Below are positions 58,878-64,000 of a stretch of DNA of 64,000 nucleotides, one piece after another (the first letter of the stretch is position 1; every line of letters begins with the position of its first letter). Source of the DNA: an uncultured Acidobacteriota bacterium (GTDB lineage: Bacteria; Acidobacteriota; Thermoanaerobaculia; UBA5066; DATFVB01). The stretch lies in contig CAWEYG010000001.1 in the NCBI GenBank assembly GCA_963813155.1, forward strand, positions 768,001 to 832,000. Direction: 5' to 3'. The notes below the pieces were generated by a model that did not search any database, was not told the DNA's origin, and saw nothing but the letters and a program-made list of their open reading frames with translations. The translations under genes and the position numbers were made by a program.

Positions 58878-59504
58878 TCAGCGAGCGCCCCGACGGGAGC
58901 CCGGTTTCGGCCTGGGGCCGCTCTTCCGAAGGAGCTGCCCGAAGAGAATCCGCTTGAAGCGCTCGACCGGAGCGGGACTGCGTTGCGCTTTCGCCACGAG
59001 GTAGGCGCCCTGGAGCGAGCTGACGATGAAGCCGGCCAGCGTCTTGACGTCGGCGTTTGGCGACAGCTCGCGAGCTTGGATTGCCGCCTCGAGGCAGTCG
59101 GCGACGGATGCCTGGTCCTCGGCGAACGCCGACGCAAGACGAGACCGAATCGCATCGCTCAGCTCGGTGGCTTCCGCGCTGAGGTTCCCGAACAGGCACC
59201 CGCGCCGCATGTCGTTCTCCCGAAGAAGCTCGAGTTGCCAATCGATCCAGGCTCGCAGGCGGCGGAGCGGCGGCAGCCGGTCGTTTCGCAGCGTCGCTCG
59301 GACACCCTCGCTCATGAACTCCCGGTAGCGCTCGAGGATCTCGACGCCAAAGGCTTCCTTCGACGCAAAATGGTTCGTGAACGACCCCTGCGGGACGCCC
59401 GCAGCCTGCGTAATATCCCGCACGCTGGACGCTCCAAAACCGCGCTCGTGGACGAGCCGCAGCCCGTCGGCGAGCAACTTTTCCTTGTTCGACGGCCGCG
59501 GCAT
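58878..59504 (-). CDS. TetR family regulator
   Basis: GFGASSVRDI..AGVPQGSFTNHFASKE, GCLFGN. Confidence 0.93.
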   Translation of the reverse strand: MPRPSNKEKLLADGLRLVHERGFGASSVRDITQAAGVPQGSFTNHFASKEAFGVEILERYREFMSEGVRATLRNDRLPPLRRLRAWIDWQLELLRENDMRRGCLFGNLSAEATELSDAIRSRLASAFAEDQASVADCLEAAIQARELSPNADVKTLAGFIVSSLQGAYLVAKAQRSPAPVERFKRILFGQLLRKSGPRPKPGSRRGAR

Positions 59505-59588
59505 GCACCATCAATGCGCACCTCGGGACCGCTTGTCAAGAGGCCGGATCGTCTCCCGCGATGGCTCGGTGGTATCGTTTCGCACGAC

Positions 59589-60017
59589 TTGAAAACTCGC
59601 CGCCGATCCCGCCGCACCGCGCTCTTCTTCATCCTCGTCGGCGGCGCGGTGATGTGGGTCCTGGCCCTGGTGGGAGCGATCGAGGGTTGGAAGAAAGATA
59701 CGGTCGACACCCTGGTCGGCCTCCCGGTGACGATCCTCCTCGTCTACTTCGCGATCCGCCTGGTGTACTGGCTTCTTTCAACCTGGCTCCACGACGTCGG
59801 CGAGACGATCGCGGCGGGCGAGAAGAAGCACGAGACGCGGGGGCAGATCGCGGTGGACGCCGTGAAGAAAACGGGGTTCGACGTCGTGAAGCTCGGATTG
59901 GCCACGGCGGTGACGTCGCTCGACCTGGCGGCGGGGGCAGGTGGCGGCAGCGGTGGCGGCGGCTCGTCAGGGGGAGGCGGTTCGTTCGGCGGCGGAGGGG
60001 CTTCGGGGAGCTGGTGA
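59589..60017 (+). CDS. Membrane protein with Gly-rich C-terminal tail
   Basis: Two TM segments and GGGGSFGGGGASGSW end; start uncertain. Confidence 0.7.
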   Translation: MKTRRRSRRTALFFILVGGAVMWVLALVGAIEGWKKDTVDTLVGLPVTILLVYFAIRLVYWLLSTWLHDVGETIAAGEKKHETRGQIAVDAVKKTGFDVVKLGLATAVTSLDLAAGAGGGSGGGGSSGGGGSFGGGGASGSW

Positions 60018-60136
60018 GACGCACACATGCTGCCCGCCGATTCCCGAAGCTCGCGACTGCCGCCGCCGCGCACTGAGCGAAGATCTACGAGGGACTTGAG
60101 CCGAATCGCCATCCGAGGCGGGGCCGCGTGGGAGGA

Positions 60137-60245
60137 GCGGGTGGCCCGGGGCGAGATCCCTTTTGCCGCTCGCGACGCCGGTGTAGCAAAGTCCTCAGGC
60201 TCGCGGCGAGCGGAAAAGTGGATCGAGCCCCGTGACAGGACCCGC
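60137..60245 (-). repeat. Interspersed palindromic element, copy 3 (inverted relative to copy 2)
   Basis: Reverse complement nearly identical to 56316-56425. Confidence 0.85.
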
Positions 60246-60274
60246 TCCAGCCGAGCCCCTCGCATCACGCAACC

Positions 60275-60730
60275 TCACTCCCCCTCGTCTCTCACTTTCA
60301 CATCCTTGACTTCGAGGATTTGCGAAATGACGATCGCCCGCATCCCCTTCCGCTCAAACGCAATCCCCGTCGCCCGCACGTACTTGCCCACGAACGGCAT
60401 CAGCTTCTCCGTCTGGCCGGAGTCCGGCATCTTGTCGGAAATCGGCAAATACAAATCGCCGTCCTTCGTCAGGATCGCGATCGGCGACCCGCCCTTCAAG
60501 CAATCCGTCACGCACTTCAGGCTCATGCTCGTCGCATTCCCGTCCAGGTTCTGAATCGGGCAAGCGACATCGCGCACCAGTCCTTCGATCGTCACCTCCG
60601 ACCGATTCGCCCGCGACCCCTCCATCGAAGTCTTCTGGGCGGGCTTCTGGGCAGGCGGAGCGCCCGCCGCCAACCCGACCGCGGCTATTCCGGATACTGC
60701 AACTAAGAAGAGTCTGAGGATTCGCTTCAT
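60275..60730 (-). CDS. Secreted hypothetical protein with three Cys
   Basis: AAGGAG RBS, signal peptide, DVAC...CVTDCLKGGSP, VGKYVRATG. Confidence 0.8.
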   Translation of the reverse strand: MKRILRLFLVAVSGIAAVGLAAGAPPAQKPAQKTSMEGSRANRSEVTIEGLVRDVACPIQNLDGNATSMSLKCVTDCLKGGSPIAILTKDGDLYLPISDKMPDSGQTEKLMPFVGKYVRATGIAFERKGMRAIVISQILEVKDVKVRDEGE

Positions 60731-60744
60731 GGCTTCTCCTTTCG

Positions 60745-61027
60745 TCAGCTCGGCGGCCAGCGGCGGGCCGCTTCTTCGTAAGCCTTTTTTCGGTGCACGA
60801 TCGCCCAGACCCGCACGCGCTTCGGCTGGATCTCGAAGACCACGCGGTAGTCCCCGACGCGCAGCTTCCACAGGCCCGCGAGCGACTGGCGGAGGCGAGT
60901 TCCGTATTTTTCGGGCTCCGAGCTCAGCCGCGCTTCGATCGCGCGGACGATCCGGCGCTGCAGGTTCTTCGGGATTTCCGGGAAGTCCTCGTCGAGGACC
61001 TCCTAGCCGGTACTCGATCTCGAACAA
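60745..61027 (-). CDS. RelE/ParE family toxin with +1 frameshift near 61005
   Basis: MFEIEYR then shifted EVLDEDFPEIP..YGTRLRQSLAGLWKLRVGDYRVVF..HRK; not present intact in the ORF track. Confidence 0.85.
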
Positions 61028-61040
61028 GCTCGGCGCTGCG

Positions 61041-61280
61041 TCAGGAAATGCCGAGCCGGCGCTTCACGTCGGCCTGCGACACCCACCGGCCGCCGCGCGA
61101 GGCCGCGCGGCGCTTCGCGATCGCGTCGAGACCGGCGTCCTCCTGCAGCTCCAGCGCCTCGCGAACGAGGTCGTTGACCTTGTGGGACAGGGAAATGCCG
61201 TCCCGCTTCGCAAGGCGAGCGACCGCCGCGTAAGTTTCGGGGGCGAGGACGGTGTTCACGCGGGGGTTTTTCGAGGGCAT
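61041..61280 (-). CDS. RHH-type antitoxin
   Basis: MPSKNPRVNTVL..GISLS..DLVREALELQED; directly upstream of RelE. Confidence 0.85.
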   Translation of the reverse strand: MPSKNPRVNTVLAPETYAAVARLAKRDGISLSHKVNDLVREALELQEDAGLDAIAKRRAASRGGRWVSQADVKRRLGIS

Positions 61281-61401
61281 GGGAGCCTCCGGGAGAAGTG
61301 TAACATAAGTGGAACACCATCGTGGGCCCGAGCGTAATACACGGAATCAAGCCCCCCAGACCGGCCCCACGCTCGAAGTGACGCTATAGAATTGGCCAAA
61401 A

Positions 61402-62544
61402 ATGACCGAAAGCAAGATTCGCGCTGGGGAAATCATTAAGTTTCTGCGTCAACGCGATTATGAACTGATTAAAGAACTCGGCCAAGGAGCGTGCGGTCAA
61501 ACGGTTCTTTTGCGTGACGAGCAGATCGACGAATACCTAGTCTGTAAGAAATATCTCCCATACTCAGAATCCCAACGTGAACAGCTTTTCGCTAATTTTG
61601 TTCGTGAAATCAAGTTGCTCCACCAAATCCACCATCCAAACGTAGTTCGAGTGTTCAACCATTACCTATATCCCGACCACTTTGCCGGCTACATTCTTAT
61701 GGAGTATGTAGACGGAACACCGATTGACGTCTTCCTGGCGGGTTCTCCAGAATCAGCCAACGACTTATTTCGGCAATCAATCGACGGGTTCACATACCTC
61801 GAGCGCGCCGGAATATTGCACCGAGACATACGTCCCGGGAACGTACTTGTTCGCGCCGATGGCACCCTCAAGATAATTGATCTCGGCTTCGGAAAGAGAG
61901 TCGAAACGTCGGGCGACTTCGATAAGAGCATCAGTCTGAACCTGTGGTGTCAACCCCCCGAAGAATTCAAAATATCTAGGTACGATTTTGCGACCGAGGT
62001 GTATTTCGTTGGCAAGCTTTTTGAGAAAATTATCCAAGACCACGGCATCGGAGATTTCAAGTACACCTCCGCGCTCAGAGCCATGTGTGTGTTAGATCCA
62101 GCTGGTCGAATTCAGAGATTTTCGGAGGTCGAGCAGTCGGTACTCGCCGACCAGTTCTCCGAGATCGGATTTGGTGACGAGGAGTTGGCGGCATACCGGA
62201 ACTTTGCGGATGCGGTGTGGAAACAGGTCACGAAGATCAAAACCGGAACAACTTACATAACAGACGTCGGTCGAGTACTAGCCCAACTAAGCGAGAGCTA
62301 TCGAGCAATGATGCTTGAACAAAATGTGCCTAACGCCGGGGTTATCCTGAGCAAACTCCTAGTCGGAAGCTACTACTACAAGCGAACAGGAATGCCAGTG
62401 CGAGTCGTAAAGAATTTTATCCAGCTTTTAAAAGGCGCGACGGACGAGAAGGGAAGGATTATTTTGGCAAACCTCCACACAAAACTAGACGCGATACCGA
62501 GATACGACGACGACCCCGACGAGGACGAGGACGTCCCGTTCTGA
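61402..62544 (+). CDS. Cytoplasmic Ser/Thr protein kinase with unknown C-terminal domain
   Basis: LGQGACG, HPNVV, HRDIRPGN, IDLG; AT-richer than flanks. Confidence 0.92.
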   Translation: MTESKIRAGEIIKFLRQRDYELIKELGQGACGQTVLLRDEQIDEYLVCKKYLPYSESQREQLFANFVREIKLLHQIHHPNVVRVFNHYLYPDHFAGYILMEYVDGTPIDVFLAGSPESANDLFRQSIDGFTYLERAGILHRDIRPGNVLVRADGTLKIIDLGFGKRVETSGDFDKSISLNLWCQPPEEFKISRYDFATEVYFVGKLFEKIIQDHGIGDFKYTSALRAMCVLDPAGRIQRFSEVEQSVLADQFSEIGFGDEELAAYRNFADAVWKQVTKIKTGTTYITDVGRVLAQLSESYRAMMLEQNVPNAGVILSKLLVGSYYYKRTGMPVRVVKNFIQLLKGATDEKGRIILANLHTKLDAIPRYDDDPDEDEDVPF

Positions 62545-62649
62545 CCCGAGGCGATAGGGACGGTCTTGTTTTAGCGTATTTCGAGGCGAGCCGCCGATGA
62601 TGCGCCCTCATTCCCTGCAGCCGCGGGGAAGTGGCTGCGAGAATCGTGG

Positions 62650-63333
62650 CTACGGGGCATACGCTATTGGGTTTTGGGCGCCATCCGGCAGCAAGTGAGC
62701 GACTGAGCCGGTCAGATACCTCTGCCGAACCTGTTCCGGCGCGACCACGCCTTGGAATTCCCAGCGGCCAGGCCATCTCTCGTCGGCGACCCGGCTTTGA
62801 TATGGGGTCGCTCCCGCTGGGTGCCAGCTCCGGATCTCGTAGACTTCTCTGACAATCCCACGGTAGACCGCGAGAGCGTATTTCGCCGACTCCCGCCGTT
62901 CGCCCACCTTCCAAACTCCCCGGGTTGCATCGTAGAGCTCATCGGCGCTCATCCCCGGCACGTAGAGACGATTGATCCGGATTAGGATCAACGGGTCGGC
63001 GACGTCAACCGGCTGGGCGGCGTAGCGAACGAGCAAGTCGATAATTGGTTCACGCCCAAGTTCAATCCCCTGGCCGCGGACCTTGTTGGTAAGACGATCG
63101 GGACCGATCGCGTCGATAAGCGCTCGCTCGACGTGAAACGCTGTCGCCTCATCGGGGAGCCCGTGTGCGATAACGTCGACCCTGTGTCCTTTGAGGCGAA
63201 TCAGGTGCGCGAGCGCACGCTGTCCCCGGCCTTTTCCGATATAGCTGATTTGACCGTCGGTCGGGTTTACGTACGCGTACACGTACCAGCCCAAACGCTC
63301 AACGACGGCCTGAGGAATACGCGATAGGTCCAC
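62650..63333 (-). CDS. LEM-3-like GIY-YIG domain protein
   Basis: YVYAY..YIGKG..R..H, ERALID, LTNKVRG, ATRG.W, QNPI. Confidence 0.85.
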   Translation of the reverse strand: MDLSRIPQAVVERLGWYVYAYVNPTDGQISYIGKGRGQRALAHLIRLKGHRVDVIAHGLPDEATAFHVERALIDAIGPDRLTNKVRGQGIELGREPIIDLLVRYAAQPVDVADPLILIRINRLYVPGMSADELYDATRGVWKVGERRESAKYALAVYRGIVREVYEIRSWHPAGATPYQSRVADERWPGRWEFQGVVAPEQVRQRYLTGSVAHLLPDGAQNPIAYAP

Positions 63334-63340
63334 CGACTTC

Positions 63341-64000
63341 CTACGCTTGCTTCCCTCCCGACCCCGTCGCCGCAGCTCCGCGAGGCGACAGCTTGCCGGA
63401 GGGCCGCTTTGAAATCGGTGCGGGCGTCGGAGGGTGAAGTGTATCGATGTTTGGCGCCAAGACGTCGACGGTCACTTCAGCGAGAAACGAAGTGCCAAAT
63501 TCGTCCTTGACGTCAAACTGAAAATAATCGACCCCAGAAAAACCCGGGTTCGGCGTGTAAACGACGGTTCCGTGAATCGAGTCAAAATTCGAAAGAATAC
63601 CCGACTGTGGCTGACCCACTATTTCGAAAACGAGATCCTGCGCCGCCCCGGTCGGATCGGTTGCAGACAGGTAGATGAAGTCACCCAGGCCCGGCCGGGT
63701 CGCCGCCGCGACGTCGTTCGCGAACGGTGGCATCGGGGTCACGCCCGCTTCGATGTCGAGAGAAAATGGCTGCACCGCGAGAAATCCGTCCGCATCCTGC
63801 ACCACGAGGAAGAATTTGTACTGCCCTTCGCCCGTGGGGATCCCGGAGATAAGCCCCTCCAGGGAAAGGCCGAGCCCCGTCGGAAACCGGGTGAGCTGGC
63901 CCCGAGCCGCCGACCACCCGAATCGGTACGGGGGAGTCCCCCCGGCACCGGCGAGCTGCAGGGGGCCGTAAGTCTCAAATTGCTTTGCCGAGGGTAGCGA
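63341..64000 (-). CDS. Ig-like domain surface protein, 3' part (starts beyond right edge)
   Basis: GGTPPY..GLISGIPT..Y.F.LVVQD (putative Ig), then YTPNPGFSGVDYFQF (Big_9/cadherin-like). Confidence 0.8.
   Translation of the reverse strand, partial: SLPSAKQFETYGPLQLAGAGGTPPYRFGWSAARGQLTRFPTGLGLSLEGLISGIPTGEGQYKFFLVVQDADGFLAVQPFSLDIEAGVTPMPPFANDVAAATRPGLGDFIYLSATDPTGAAQDLVFEIVGQPQSGILSNFDSIHGTVVYTPNPGFSGVDYFQFDVKDEFGTSFLAEVTVDVLAPNIDTLHPPTPAPISKRPSGKLSPRGAAATGSGGKQA

Noticed and set aside
52862-64000. Defined genomic island integrated at tRNA-Gln
   Set aside because: No integrase and no duplicated tRNA 3' end found within the window, so boundaries cannot be supported.

Overview
High-GC bacterial chromosome segment. 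Its gene families (Oar-like TonB receptor, VWA proteins, sulfatase-fold+TPR lipoproteins, CRTAC1/ASPIC-UnbV proteins, ADOP-like permease fragment) point to Acidobacteriota, probably Thermoanaerobaculia-like (inference). Housekeeping genes include dusB, pyrK-pyrD-pyrF, a family-5 UDG, trmFO, yidD, pal, two tRNA-Ser(GCT) and tRNA-Gln(CTG). Scattered single-base frameshifts suggest long-read indel errors. Top finding: at 52927-53937 (-) a signal-peptide-bearing, beta-barrel-like ORF reads through two in-frame TGA codons arranged as U-P-A-U (a CxxC position), followed by a SECIS-like hairpin. It sits in an operon with an exported HMA-thioredoxin fusion and a Cys-rich small protein, making it a candidate double-selenocysteine metal or redox system. 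Other findings: two convergent, diverged tRNA-Ser(GCT) copies enclosing a mosaic of gene fragments; a three-copy ~105-bp hairpin element, two copies inverted around a 3.7-kb cassette; a REP-like insertion with a 26-bp duplication that preserves a start codon; a CLC with a non-canonical filter; three Thr-nucleophile 'sulfatases' behind a TonB receptor; frequent apparent leaderless promoters; and a TA/kinase/GIY-YIG accessory block at the right end.
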